A stretch of DNA of 64,000 nt, from assembly GCA_035565775.1 (NCBI GenBank), contig DATMRW010000028.1, positions 98,856-162,855 of the forward strand. The letters run 5' to 3'. Both the position numbers and the translations under genes were made by a program. The notes beneath the pieces were generated by a model. That model searched no databases, was not told where the DNA came from, and saw nothing but the letters and a program-made list of their open reading frames with translations. Of this stretch, positions 43,681 to 53,520 are shown piece after piece (the stretch's first letter is position 1; each line of letters starts with the position of its first letter). The stretch is from Xanthobacteraceae bacterium (GTDB lineage: Bacteria; Pseudomonadota; Alphaproteobacteria; Rhizobiales; Xanthobacteraceae).

Positions 43681-43877
43681 ACCAAGCATAATCCGCCGCG
43701 CGGGCACGAAAGGAAAGCCCGCGGTTATGAGTATGTCGAGCCGGCGCCGGCGATGACCTTTCGCGATTCTCACAGCTGGATCACAAGAGAAGGTTGATGC
43801 GCTTTTCTGTCTTCTCGCGAGCATTGTTGGTCGGTGAAGAAGTTGGGTGCCTTCTGGCCTGCTTTCGCTTCCGGCGC

Positions 43878-44903
43878 CTATTTGTTAATGCAGGCGATCG
43901 CGTAGTAGTTATATCCGCATCTGTTACCGGAGTGCGTTAGCAGATGGCGGCGCGAACTCGTGCGATCGCGACATATGCCTCTCGTATGAGCGTCTAAATC
44001 GCCCCCGTCTTGAGGACAAAGGACATGCTCCCAATATCCGCCGGCGGCGTATTGGCCCTGGCGCACCAAATGCGTTTCGGCTGTAACTCCGGCAAGCTTA
44101 TTGTTTAGAGACGCGATTTCGGCAAGCATCTTACCTTGCCGTTGCTTATTTTGCGTCGCCAAGTCGAAGCCGAGCATTTCCTCTGCCGGCAGTTCGACCG
44201 AATAGGTACCATGATTTGTAACAAGAGCGGCCAAGAACCGTTCGAATTTTTCGGCACCGCTTGAGGCCTTTTTCCCTATCCGCTTGCAGATCACGGAAAA
44301 CGGTTGAACTGATCCTGTTTCCTGCGTGGCGTCTGTGATTGTTGTGGGCTTGCCGTCCTTGGAAAGTGCCGTCGTTCGGCAAACTGCGGCTTTCGGATCA
44401 TACGTAAACGCTCGAAAGGAGACATTTGTTTTTGTTGGATCGAAGTCAGCACGGATAACGACAGATGTGGGATCAAAAATCGCGTGGGAAACCCGCACGG
44501 CAGCCAGTTCAAGTGCCCGACATTCGTTGAAACTCTTCTGCGCAGCGATGACGATGGTTCGTTCAAAATCATATCCGTCGCTCGTGGCTAACCGCTCTTG
44601 CAGGTTTTCTTTGCAAAACTGCGTCATCCTCTGACGAGCTTGCTCGTTGCTTCCTGAGAAGCCAACGACGATCGCTTTAATTGGAATTGTTAGGTCTAGC
44701 TTTGTGCTTTCTTGCCGGAGCTCGCCGTTCTTCTCGCAATGCTTATTCCAGAGATAGTCGTGTTCTGCAGTTTGCCTCACGCGGATCGACACGTTAGCAA
44801 CAGATGTCGCATAGACGTCCGCACAAAAAGACTCTTGGCCCTGCACCAAGCTCGGAACGATTGAGAACAAAGCCAATGCACAAAGAAATCTCTTCGTTTT
44901 CAT
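43878..44903 (-). CDS. Hypothetical secreted Cys-containing protein (341 aa), low GC
   Basis: ATG 44903 starts the signal peptide MKTKRFLCALALFSIVPSLVQG. This is the most AT-rich stretch in the window by eye. I recognise no family. Confidence 0.6.
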   Translation of the reverse strand: MKTKRFLCALALFSIVPSLVQGQESFCADVYATSVANVSIRVRQTAEHDYLWNKHCEKNGELRQESTKLDLTIPIKAIVVGFSGSNEQARQRMTQFCKENLQERLATSDGYDFERTIVIAAQKSFNECRALELAAVRVSHAIFDPTSVVIRADFDPTKTNVSFRAFTYDPKAAVCRTTALSKDGKPTTITDATQETGSVQPFSVICKRIGKKASSGAEKFERFLAALVTNHGTYSVELPAEEMLGFDLATQNKQRQGKMLAEIASLNNKLAGVTAETHLVRQGQYAAGGYWEHVLCPQDGGDLDAHTRGICRDRTSSRRHLLTHSGNRCGYNYYAIACINK

Positions 44904-45044
44904 GAGTTTGCGCCCCATTACACTTGCGCGTCTAGCGATCAAGGCGATTTTTGAGTCGGTTGTTGGCCGTCAGGACGTGTGAGACAGACTGATGGATTTT
45001 GCGGGGGGAGGATTTCTGGTTCATCGTAGCCGTAAGGAGCGAAG

Positions 45045-45392
45045 ATGAAGCAGAAATCCGGGTCCGGCAAAGCGCCGGCAGAACAGGTGTTGAAGGACAT
45101 CCGACGGCAGACTCGTCGGCATTATTCGGCGGAGGAGAAGATCCGCATTGTGCTGGAGGGTTTGCGCGGCGAGGAGAACATCTCCGAGCTTTGCCGCCGC
45201 GAAGGCGTCGCCGCCTCGATGTATTACGGCTGGTCGAAGGAGTTCCTGGAAGCTGGCAAGCGCCGCCTGGCGGGCGACACAGCCCGTGCCGCCACGTCCG
45301 GCGAGGTGAAGGATCTCCGCCGGGAGACCGCGGCCTTGAAGGAGGTCGTAGCCGATCTCACCCTGGAGAACCGTCTGCTCAAAAAAGCATGA
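45045..45392 (+). CDS. IS3/IS911-type transposase OrfA (HTH)
   Basis: The 115-aa product reads YSAEEKIRIVLEGLRGEENISELCRREGVAASMYYGWSKEFLEAGKRRL and ends in a leucine-zipper-like region. An A6G run lies at 45381-45387. Confidence 0.85.
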   Translation: MKQKSGSGKAPAEQVLKDIRRQTRRHYSAEEKIRIVLEGLRGEENISELCRREGVAASMYYGWSKEFLEAGKRRLAGDTARAATSGEVKDLRRETAALKEVVADLTLENRLLKKA

Positions 45393-45414
45393 ACGCGGAT
45401 GGGGAGGACGAGGC

Positions 45415-46395
45415 ATGAGGTATCCTGCGTCCGAGAAGGCCGAGATCATCGCGCTGGTCGAGCAATCGCATCTGCCGGCCAAGCGCACGCTGGACAAGCT
45501 TGGCATCCCCCGCGCCACGTTCTATCGCTGGTATGATCGCTACCGCGAGGGTGGCGTCGAAGCCCTAGCCGATCACCGCTCAAAGCCGGATCGAGTCTGG
45601 AATCGTATCCCGGATGACGTCCGTGGCCAGATCATCGACCTGGCACTGGAGCTTCCGGAACTGTCGCCGCGGGAGCTCGCGGTGCGCTTTACCGATGAGA
45701 GAAAGTACTTTGTCTCCGAGGCTTCGGTCTACCGCCTGCTGACGGCGCACGACCTTATCACCAGTCCGGCCTATGTGGTAATCAAGGCGGCGGACGAGTT
45801 CAAGGACAAGACCACCGCCATCAACCAACTCTGGCAGACTGACTTCACCTACCTCAAGATCACTGGCTGGGGCTGGTACTATCTGTCGACGGTGCTCGAT
45901 GACTTCTCGCGCTACATCGTGGCCTGGAGACTCGGTCCCACGATGTGCGCATCCGACGTCATGGCCACGCTCGATCAGGCACTGGCAGCCTCTGGTCTGG
46001 ATCATGTCAACGTCAGACAGCGGCCCCGACTTCTCAGTGACAACGGGTCGAGTTACGTCGCGGACGATCTGGCAATGTGGCTCAAGGGCAAGGACATGCA
46101 GCATGTACACGGCGCGCCGTACCATCCGCAGACCCAGGGTAAGATCGAGCGGTGGCACCAGACGCTGAAGAACCGCATGCTGCTCGAAAACTATTATCTA
46201 CCGGGTGATCTCGAACGGCAGATCGGCGCCTTCGTCGAACACTACAATCATGATCGCTACCATGAGAGCATCGACAACGTTACACCTGCCGACGTCTACT
46301 TCGGCAGATCTGAGACGATCCTAGCCGAACGCAAACGTATCAAGCTTGCCACCATCGCAGACCGTCGCTTGCAGCATCGACTGCAGGCCGCTTAA
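45415..46395 (+). CDS. IS transposase OrfB (HTH + rve integrase core, DDE)
   Basis: The 326-aa product has LWQTDFTYL (D), LLSDNGSSY (D) and QTQGKIERWH (E). Its own ATG is preceded by GGGGAGGA. Confidence 0.9.
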   Translation: MRYPASEKAEIIALVEQSHLPAKRTLDKLGIPRATFYRWYDRYREGGVEALADHRSKPDRVWNRIPDDVRGQIIDLALELPELSPRELAVRFTDERKYFVSEASVYRLLTAHDLITSPAYVVIKAADEFKDKTTAINQLWQTDFTYLKITGWGWYYLSTVLDDFSRYIVAWRLGPTMCASDVMATLDQALAASGLDHVNVRQRPRLLSDNGSSYVADDLAMWLKGKDMQHVHGAPYHPQTQGKIERWHQTLKNRMLLENYYLPGDLERQIGAFVEHYNHDRYHESIDNVTPADVYFGRSETILAERKRIKLATIADRRLQHRLQAA

Positions 46396-46460
46396 ACTCT
46401 AACCCCTGATGAGCCAGAGCCTCCCTTCGCAAAATGCCTGATCAGTCTCAAATTATCTGA

Positions 46461-46904
46461 CGACGGACAGTTGCGGCGATTGGGCTGACACTCACCATTG
46501 TTCTCGCGATACGATGGCGGCTGCCGAAGGATGCGGGTGTGGATCTTGCGCCCTCCAATCACTGGGCCGAGCCGGTTGTTACGATCCCGCTGACCGATGA
46601 TCGTGGCCCGGTTCTGATCGAAATCGATTATCGCGTCGCCCCGGAGCGGCAGGCTGAATTTGTCGCGGTGTTACGGCGCTTCCGTCCCATCCGGCAGCGC
46701 GACGGCGCGATCCGCTGGGATATCTGGGAAGACATTGCCCAGCCTGGCCGGGTCATTGAGGTCTTTATCGTTGAAAGCTGGGTTGAGCACCAGCGGCAGC
46801 ATGCGCGGGTGACCCAGACCGATGCGCTGGACCAGGACATGCTGAACATGTTCCATGTCGGAGACCAGCCGCCCGTCGTCCGCCACCTGCTGCGGCCGCT
46901 GTAA
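46461..46904 (+). pseudogene. C-terminal fragment of an MFS-type transporter, truncated by the IS
   Basis: The frame opens right after the IS end. It encodes a last TM helix (VAAIGLTLTIVLAI) and then a soluble tail of about 120 aa. No N-terminal part is present. Confidence 0.45.
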
Positions 46905-46973
46905 TTGCGATCGATGGAAGGAAAGCGTCGTTTGCGTAGCGTTTCCAGATACGCAGATTCCCTGGTTGGCTGA

Positions 46974-47693
46974 GGCGCATCAAATTCCCAGAGGGATGAT
47001 GCCTCGCTCTCGGGAGGCTTTCGGTCGAATGCGCTCAGCGGGGAGGCGGCGACGGAGAACGGGGATCAAATCTCCCCCGAGGTTTTCATCAAACTTGCCG
47101 AGGAGGGCGGCTTCATCGACCGTGTGACGCGCATCGTCATCTGCACAACGCTCAAAGAAATGGGGCCGCGATTGAAAGAGTCGCCCGACTTCCATTGCGG
47201 GATCAACCTCAGCAGTAGTGACGTCTTGGACGCTACGCTTTGCGACTTTTTGGAACGCGAGGTGAGAAACAATGGACTTGACCCGCGCCAGATCATTCTC
47301 GAAATCACGGAGCGGTCGAGCGCCGACCCAGCACAGCTGATGGTCAGCATGGAGTCGTTCCGTAGCCGCGGCTACGAGTTCTTTCTCGACGACTTCGGAA
47401 CGGGCTATTCGAACCTTTCCTATCTCGCAAAACTCCCGATCAAAGGCATAAAGCTCGACCGCATGTTCACGCAGGCGATCGGGAAAGAGGCAATGGGATC
47501 CACAATCGCCGAGAACGTCTGCACCGTGGCCAATGCGCTGAACCTCCAATTGATCGTCGAAGGCATTGAGACCGAAGAACAGGCTGCGTACATCAATGGT
47601 CTCAATGCGACGGCGATCGGCCAAGGCTGGCTCTACGGCAAGCCTGCCCCTGCGCGGCGCGTGCAAATCGGCGCCTCCACGATCCCGCCGTGA
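46974..47693 (+). pseudogene. EAL (c-di-GMP phosphodiesterase) domain fragment, N-terminally truncated/degenerate
   Basis: It has ISPEVFIKLAEEGGFID, EITERS, FLDDFGTGYSNLSYL, IKLDR and VEGIETEEQ. The frame opens only at 46974 with no convincing start, and the EAL signature position reads GFRSNAL. Confidence 0.55.
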
Positions 47694-47732
47694 GGATGCG
47701 AGCCGCCGGCGACTTTTCGGCCCATGCTCGGG

Positions 47733-48018
47733 CTAGAGCCGAAAATCAAGCTGCGCCGCTGACTGCGCCTCGGCCTGGCCGAGGCTCGACAGCGTGGCGC
47801 TCAGCAGCCGCACCGGCTTTCGAAATGGATAGGAGGCTAGTCGCGGTCGCAAGGATCGCGCCGTCGTCGGGAAAGGCGGCGGGGAGGGTTTTGCTGCGCG
47901 TGATGATCTGGAGTCCGCGAACCGGATCTTCATGGTCACGGTCTTTGCGGACATGTCGTTGGCCTCGCAATATCGCCAGATCTTCGCAATGAGGGGCGCA
48001 AGCTCGCGCTTGTCCGTC
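47733..48018 (-). pseudogene. dinB: DNA polymerase IV (dinB) C-terminal remnant with two frameshifts
   Basis: The segment KTVTMKIRFAD is in one frame, QIITRSKTLPAAFPDDGAILATATSLL in another, and PVRLLSATLSSLGQAEAQSAAQLDF-stop back in the first. No N-terminal polymerase domain is present. Confidence 0.6.
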
Positions 48019-48554
48019 TACCGGCAGTGCAGGAATCCTCTGACCGGAGTGCAGGAATCTGTTGAGCGCGACATAAACGACAAAGCAACCGATCCCCATA
48101 TCCATAATTCGCATAAGGTATATTATGGAATATTATTATTCCCGCAATATCAGTCAGATACGGAGTTTCCGCAAAGTTCGCTATTGTCACCTTGCAGACC
48201 GCGACCGCTCATCGACGGTCCAGCATGGCGATCTTGCTCCTCAGCTTCGCGCTCGATCGAAACCATTGCTGCCCAGAGCCCTGCGCGCCTCCGGCGACCG
48301 TTGATGGCAGCAACTCTTGGCTTCATCATGCGTCCTAGCCGAGATCCTTCCTCAGAATTGGCTTCGCCTTGAGCACGCGGCATGACGAGCCCTGCCGCTG
48401 CCCGTCCAAAAGCGACGGTATGCGGAAACATTTGGAATTTTCCGGAAATCCGATTACTCAGGATTGAGGCTGATTACCGCGCTCGACAACCGCCGGGCCG
48501 GCGTCGCGCAACACATCAAAAAAAGCCCGTAACGCGTTGAAATTGGAGGAAAAT

Positions 48555-50216
48555 ATGCCGACAGACAACTCCGCGAACCAATATGACGTCGGCCTTCCGA
48601 AAACCCCGGCAAACTATGTGCCGCTGTCGCCACTGAGTTTTCTCGAGCGCTCGGCAAAAGTTTACCCGCAGCTTCCCAGCGCGATCTACGAGGGCCGGGT
48701 CTATACCTGGGCGGAAACCTATGCCCGCTGCCGGCGGCTCGCCTCGTTCCTGACGACCCGCGGCGTCCGGCGTGACGACACCGTGGCTGCCATTCTGCCA
48801 AACCTTCCGGCGATGAACGAACTGCATTTCGCCGTGCCCATGGTCGGCGCAGTGCTCAACACGCTGAACACCCGGCTGGACCCGACGTCGATCGCCTTCA
48901 TGCTCGACCACGGCGGCGCCAAGGTGCTGCTGGTCGACCCGGAATATTCCGACATGATCTCGACCGCGCTCGGTCTGATGAGCGGTCCCAAGCCGTTCAT
49001 CATCGACGTGGACGACGCCGCCTATGCCGGACCGCGCAACTGGATCGGCGCGATCGAATATGAGGCGGCGATCGCCTCGGGCGATCCTGAATTCGTCTGG
49101 ACGCTTCCGCAGGACGAATGGGACGCCATCGCGCTCAGCTACACCTCCGGCACCACGGGCAACCCCAAGGGCGTCGTCACCCATCATCGCGGCGCCTATC
49201 TGAACGCCGTCAGCAACATCCTGGCCGGCAATCTCGGCCAGCATCCGGTCTATCTCTGGACGCTGCCGATGTTTCACTGCAACGGCTGGTGTTTTCCGTG
49301 GACCATCGCGGCCACCGCCGGCATCAATGTCTGCCTGCGCAAGGTGGACCCGACCAAGATTTTCGAGCTGATCGGCCAGCATGGCGTGACCCACATGTGC
49401 GGGGCGCCGATCGTCTACAACACGCTGATCAACGCGCCGGACGCGCCGAAGGGCTCGCCGAGCGGGAAGGCGATCTCCGGCCTGATTGCCGGCGCGCCGC
49501 CGCCGGTCGCCGTGCTGGCGGGTGCGGAGCGCATCGGCATCAACCTGACCCACGTCTATGGCCTCACCGAGACCTATGGCCCCGCCTCCGTCTGCGCCGA
49601 GCAACCCGGTTGGGACGCCCTTCCCGCCGCCGAGCTTGCCGAGAGGAAACGGCGGCAGGGCGTTGCCTATCACCTGCAAGAGGCGATTTCCGTCCGCGAT
49701 CCCGTCACGATGGAGGAAGTGCCGCACGATGGCGAGACCATCGGTGAGGTCATGTTTCGCGGCAACATCGTGATGAAGGGCTACCTCAAGAACGAGCCGG
49801 CTACCCAGGACGCCTTCGCCGGCGGCTGGTTTCACACCGGCGATCTCGGCGTCGTCGACGCGCAGGGCTACGTGACGATCAAGGACCGCTCGAAGGACAT
49901 CATCATTTCGGGCGGCGAGAACATCTCGTCGGTCGAAGTCGAGGACGTGCTCTACAGCCACCCGGCGATCATGTTCGCAGCTGTGGTGGCCAAGCCCGAT
50001 GCGAAATGGGGCGAGGTGCCGTGCGCCTTCGTCGAACTGAAGGCGGGCGCCGAGACGACCGAGGTCGAAATCATCGCCTTCTGCCGGGAGAAGCTGCCGG
50101 GCTTCAAGACGCCGAAGGCCGTGGTTTTCGGAGAGATTCCCAAAACCTCGACCGGCAAGATCCAAAAGTTCATGCTGCGCAACCAGGTCGGGTCGGCGAA
50201 GGCAATCTCGGCATGA
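48555..50216 (+). CDS. AMP-forming acyl-CoA synthetase (medium-chain fatty-acid-CoA ligase-like)
   Basis: It has the AMP-binding motif LSYTSGTTGNPKGV, plus GWFHTGDLG and the C-terminal KTSTGKIQK. ATG 48555 is preceded by GGAGGA. Confidence 0.9.
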   Translation: MPTDNSANQYDVGLPKTPANYVPLSPLSFLERSAKVYPQLPSAIYEGRVYTWAETYARCRRLASFLTTRGVRRDDTVAAILPNLPAMNELHFAVPMVGAVLNTLNTRLDPTSIAFMLDHGGAKVLLVDPEYSDMISTALGLMSGPKPFIIDVDDAAYAGPRNWIGAIEYEAAIASGDPEFVWTLPQDEWDAIALSYTSGTTGNPKGVVTHHRGAYLNAVSNILAGNLGQHPVYLWTLPMFHCNGWCFPWTIAATAGINVCLRKVDPTKIFELIGQHGVTHMCGAPIVYNTLINAPDAPKGSPSGKAISGLIAGAPPPVAVLAGAERIGINLTHVYGLTETYGPASVCAEQPGWDALPAAELAERKRRQGVAYHLQEAISVRDPVTMEEVPHDGETIGEVMFRGNIVMKGYLKNEPATQDAFAGGWFHTGDLGVVDAQGYVTIKDRSKDIIISGGENISSVEVEDVLYSHPAIMFAAVVAKPDAKWGEVPCAFVELKAGAETTEVEIIAFCREKLPGFKTPKAVVFGEIPKTSTGKIQKFMLRNQVGSAKAISA

Positions 50217-50232
50217 GACAACGGGCTGGCGC

Positions 50233-51033
50233 TCAGCCGTTGAGCGTCAGCCGCATTCCGTCATAACCCGGCACGACGCCGGGCGGCAGTTGCTTGCGCA
50301 AGGTCTCGTAGTCGAGATCGGCATGCATGTTGGTGATCACCGCCCGCTTCGGCTTGAACTTGTCGATCCAGCGAAGCGCATCGTCGAGCGAAAAATGGCT
50401 CGGATGCGGCGAATAGCGCAGGCCGTCGACGATCCAGAGATCGAGGTTTTCCAGCGCGGGCCAGCTTTCCTGCGGAATGCCGTTGAGATCCGGCGTGTAG
50501 GCTGCATCGCCGATACGATAGCCAAGCGCCGGAATCTCGCCGTGATCGACCAGAAAAGCACGAAGGGTGAGTGGACCGCCCTTCCCCTTGATGGTCTGCC
50601 CCTCGCCCGCCTCGATCCGGTGATGCGTCAGGATCGGCGGATAGCTGCTGCCCGGCGGCGACGTGAAGCAATAGGCAAACCTTGGCAAAATATCCTTCGC
50701 CGTTGAGTCATTGAACCACACCGGAATGCGCTTGCGCATATGCAGCACCACCGAGCGCAGGTCGTCGATCCCGTGGGTCTGGTCCGCATGCTCGTGGGTC
50801 AGAAACACCGCGTCGATGTGGTCGACATTGGCGTCGATCAGTTGCTCGCGCAGATCGGGCGAGGTGTCGACAATCACTCGCGTGACGCCTTCGTCGCTCA
50901 CCGCTTCTGCCATCATCGAGCAGCGACGGCGGCGGTTTTTCGGATTGGTCGGATCACAAGCTCCCCAGCCGAGCGCAGGGCGCGGCACGCCAGCGGATGA
51001 ACCGCTGCCGAGAATGGTGAGCGTAACCGTCAT
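50233..51033 (-). CDS. MBL-fold metallo-hydrolase (PhnP/GPA-like)
   Basis: It has the motif HEHADQTHG. The 266-aa ORF overlaps the tatD stop by 4 nt. Confidence 0.85.
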   Translation of the reverse strand: MTVTLTILGSGSSAGVPRPALGWGACDPTNPKNRRRRCSMMAEAVSDEGVTRVIVDTSPDLREQLIDANVDHIDAVFLTHEHADQTHGIDDLRSVVLHMRKRIPVWFNDSTAKDILPRFAYCFTSPPGSSYPPILTHHRIEAGEGQTIKGKGGPLTLRAFLVDHGEIPALGYRIGDAAYTPDLNGIPQESWPALENLDLWIVDGLRYSPHPSHFSLDDALRWIDKFKPKRAVITNMHADLDYETLRKQLPPGVVPGYDGMRLTLNG

Positions 51034-51836
51034 GCCTGAGCCTCCGTCGCAAAGCCCTGCGGCGCCGGCACCTTGCTGAACAGCCGGAAGAAGTTTTGGG
51101 TCGTCTGCCGCTGCAGCTCATCAAACGATACGCCGCGCGTTTCGGCCAGCACTTTTGCGGTCTCCACCACATAGGATGGCTCGTTGCGTTTGCCGCGGAA
51201 TTTTCCGGGCGCAAGGAACGGCGCGTCGGTCTCGACCATGATCCGGTCGGCAGGAATTTCGGCGGCGAGATCGCGTAATTCCTGCGACTTCTTGAAGGTG
51301 ATAATCCCGGTGAAGGAGATCGAAAGCCCATGGGCCAACGCCTTCATCGCAAGCTCGCGCCCGCCCGTGTAGCAATGCAGCACGGCGCGGAATGGTCCCT
51401 TCGCCATTTCCTCATCAAGTATGCGGCCGCAAGCCTCATCGGCCTCGCGGGTGTGGATCACCAGCGGCAAGCCGGTGGCCCGCGCCGCGGCGATATGGGC
51501 GCGAAAGCCGCGCTCCTGTGCCTCGGGCGAGCTGTTGTCGTAAAAATTGTCGAGCCCCGCCTCGCCCAGCGCCACCACTTTCGGATGGTGCGTCAGCGCG
51601 ATCAGTTCCTCGGCGGTGATGCCGTCTTCTTCGTCCGCCTGATGCGGATGCGTACCGACCGAGCAGAACACGTTCGGAAAGCGCTCAGCGATGGCGAGCA
51701 GCCTGTCGAGCTGCCGCACCCGCGTCGAGATGGTGAGAATGCGACCGACACCCGCCTCTTCCGCCCGCGCCACGATGGCGTCGAGGTCGTCCGCAAAGTC
51801 CGAGAAATCAAGATGGCAGTGACTGTCGACCAGCAT
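51030..51836 (-). CDS. tatD: TatD-family metal-dependent hydrolase/DNase
   Basis: The N-terminus MLVDSHCHLDF and the pattern of conserved His/Asp residues fit a TatD of 268 aa. Confidence 0.9.
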   Translation of the reverse strand: MLVDSHCHLDFSDFADDLDAIVARAEEAGVGRILTISTRVRQLDRLLAIAERFPNVFCSVGTHPHQADEEDGITAEELIALTHHPKVVALGEAGLDNFYDNSSPEAQERGFRAHIAAARATGLPLVIHTREADEACGRILDEEMAKGPFRAVLHCYTGGRELAMKALAHGLSISFTGIITFKKSQELRDLAAEIPADRIMVETDAPFLAPGKFRGKRNEPSYVVETAKVLAETRGVSFDELQRQTTQNFFRLFSKVPAPQGFATEAQA

Positions 51837-51850
51837 TTCACTCAGCTCGG

Positions 51851-53467
51851 TTACTTGTCCGCCTTGGCTTTCGCCGGTTTTTCCTTTGCCGGCTTGGCCT
51901 CGACTGCTGCGTCAGGCTCGACATAGCGCGGGAAAATCGGCGCGGGCGCAGGCAGACTCGTGCCGGGCCGGTGGCGCTTCCCCTGCCCCAGCGCGGCAAA
52001 GTCGCGCTCGTCCGCAGGCACGCCCAAAATGTCGAGCAGCTTGGCGGAAGAGTCCGGCATTACCGGCTGCGCCAGAATGGCGATCTGCCGCAACACTTCG
52101 GCGGTGACGTAGAGGACCGTGGCCTGCCGTGCCGGATCGGTCTTGGCGAGCGCCCACGGCGCCTCGCCGGCGAAGTAGCGGTTCGCTTCCGCCACGACCG
52201 CCCACACCGCGTTGAGCGCCTGATGGATCTGGTAATTGCCGAAAGCGGCGCGCGCCTGATCCATCATCGCGTCGGCCATCGCCAGAATGGCATTGTCGTT
52301 GTCGCTGAATGCGCCCGGCGTCGGAAGCTTGCCGTCAAACTGCCGCGCGATCATCGTCAGCGAGCGTTGCGCGAGATTGCCGAGATCGTTGGCAAGGTCG
52401 GCATTAGTGCGCGCGACGATCGCCTCGTGGCTATAGCTGCCGTCCTGCCCGAACGGCACTTCGCGCAGCAGGAAGTAGCGGAGCTGATCCACGCCATAGG
52501 CGGTCGCAAGACCGAACGGATCGACGACATTGCCGACCGACTTTGACATCTTCTCACCACGGTTGAACAGAAAACCGTGGGCATAGACGCGCTTCGGCAA
52601 CGGAATGCCGGCGGACATAAGGAACGCAGGCCAGTACACCGCATGGAAACGGATGATATCCTTGCCGATGATATGCGCATCCGCCGGCCAGTAGCGCCAG
52701 TTCTTGTCGCCCTCTTCGGGAAAGCCGACTCCGGTGATGTAGTTGGTCAGCGCATCGACCCACACATACATCACGTGCTTCGGGTCGTCAGGGACCGGCA
52801 CGCCCCAGTCGAAGGTAGTGCGCGAGATCGAGAGATCCTTCAGGCCACTCTTGACGAAGCTGACAACCTCGTTGCGGCGCGCGTCCGGTCCGATGAAATC
52901 GGGCTGATCGGCATAGAGCTGCAGCAGGCGATCCTGATAGGCCGAGAGGCGGAAGAAATAGCTCTGCTCCTCCACCCATTCCACCGGGGTGCCCTGCGGG
53001 CCGCGGCGCACACGGTCCTCGCCGACGGTGGTTTCGTCCTCGGCGTAATACGCCTCGTCGCGGACCGAATACCAGCCCGCATAACTGTCGAGATAGATGT
53101 CGCCGGCCTTCGCCATGCGTCGCCAGATTTCCTGGCTGGATGTGTGGTGCGCCTTCTCCGAGGTGCGGATGAAACGGTCGAACGACACATTGAGGCGCTC
53201 GTCCATTTCACGGAAACGGGCGGCGTTGCGCGTCGCCAGCTCCAGCGGCGTCAGCCCCTCCTTCTCCGCCGTCTGCGTCATCTTCAGCCCGTGCTCATCG
53301 GTTCCGGTCAGGAAGAACACGTCCTTCCCATCGAGCCGCTGAAACCGCGCCAGCGCATCGGTCGCGATCGCCTCATAGGCATGGCCGATATGGGGCACGC
53401 CATTGGGATAAGCGATCGCCGTGGTGATGTAATAGGTTTCTCGGGTCGGACTGGATGCATTCGCCAT
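51851..53467 (-). CDS. metG: Methionine--tRNA ligase
   Basis: It has the class I HIGH motif (PHIGHAYE) and KMSKS (EKMSKSVGN), and an anticodon-binding region. Confidence 0.95.
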   Translation of the reverse strand: MANASSPTRETYYITTAIAYPNGVPHIGHAYEAIATDALARFQRLDGKDVFFLTGTDEHGLKMTQTAEKEGLTPLELATRNAARFREMDERLNVSFDRFIRTSEKAHHTSSQEIWRRMAKAGDIYLDSYAGWYSVRDEAYYAEDETTVGEDRVRRGPQGTPVEWVEEQSYFFRLSAYQDRLLQLYADQPDFIGPDARRNEVVSFVKSGLKDLSISRTTFDWGVPVPDDPKHVMYVWVDALTNYITGVGFPEEGDKNWRYWPADAHIIGKDIIRFHAVYWPAFLMSAGIPLPKRVYAHGFLFNRGEKMSKSVGNVVDPFGLATAYGVDQLRYFLLREVPFGQDGSYSHEAIVARTNADLANDLGNLAQRSLTMIARQFDGKLPTPGAFSDNDNAILAMADAMMDQARAAFGNYQIHQALNAVWAVVAEANRYFAGEAPWALAKTDPARQATVLYVTAEVLRQIAILAQPVMPDSSAKLLDILGVPADERDFAALGQGKRHRPGTSLPAPAPIFPRYVEPDAAVEAKPAKEKPAKAKADK

Positions 53468-53520
53468 TGGCGAGCGGGCCTTTCACTGGATTACAAAGCG
53501 GTCCTCACGCGCGAAGACCG

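Larger units (their letters stand above)
44980..46450 (+). mobile_element. IS3-family insertion sequence (about 1.47 kb), apparently complete
   Basis: It has TG...CA termini. The imperfect terminal inverted repeats are TGAGAC..TGAT..ATTTTGCG..GGGAGG at 44980 and its reverse complement ending at 46450. It contains orfA and orfB. Confidence 0.8.

Noticed and set aside
48516-50165. A 549-aa ORF antisense to the acyl-CoA synthetase.
   Set aside because: The sense strand has the AMP-binding signature. The antisense product is Arg/Gly/Asp-rich without motifs.
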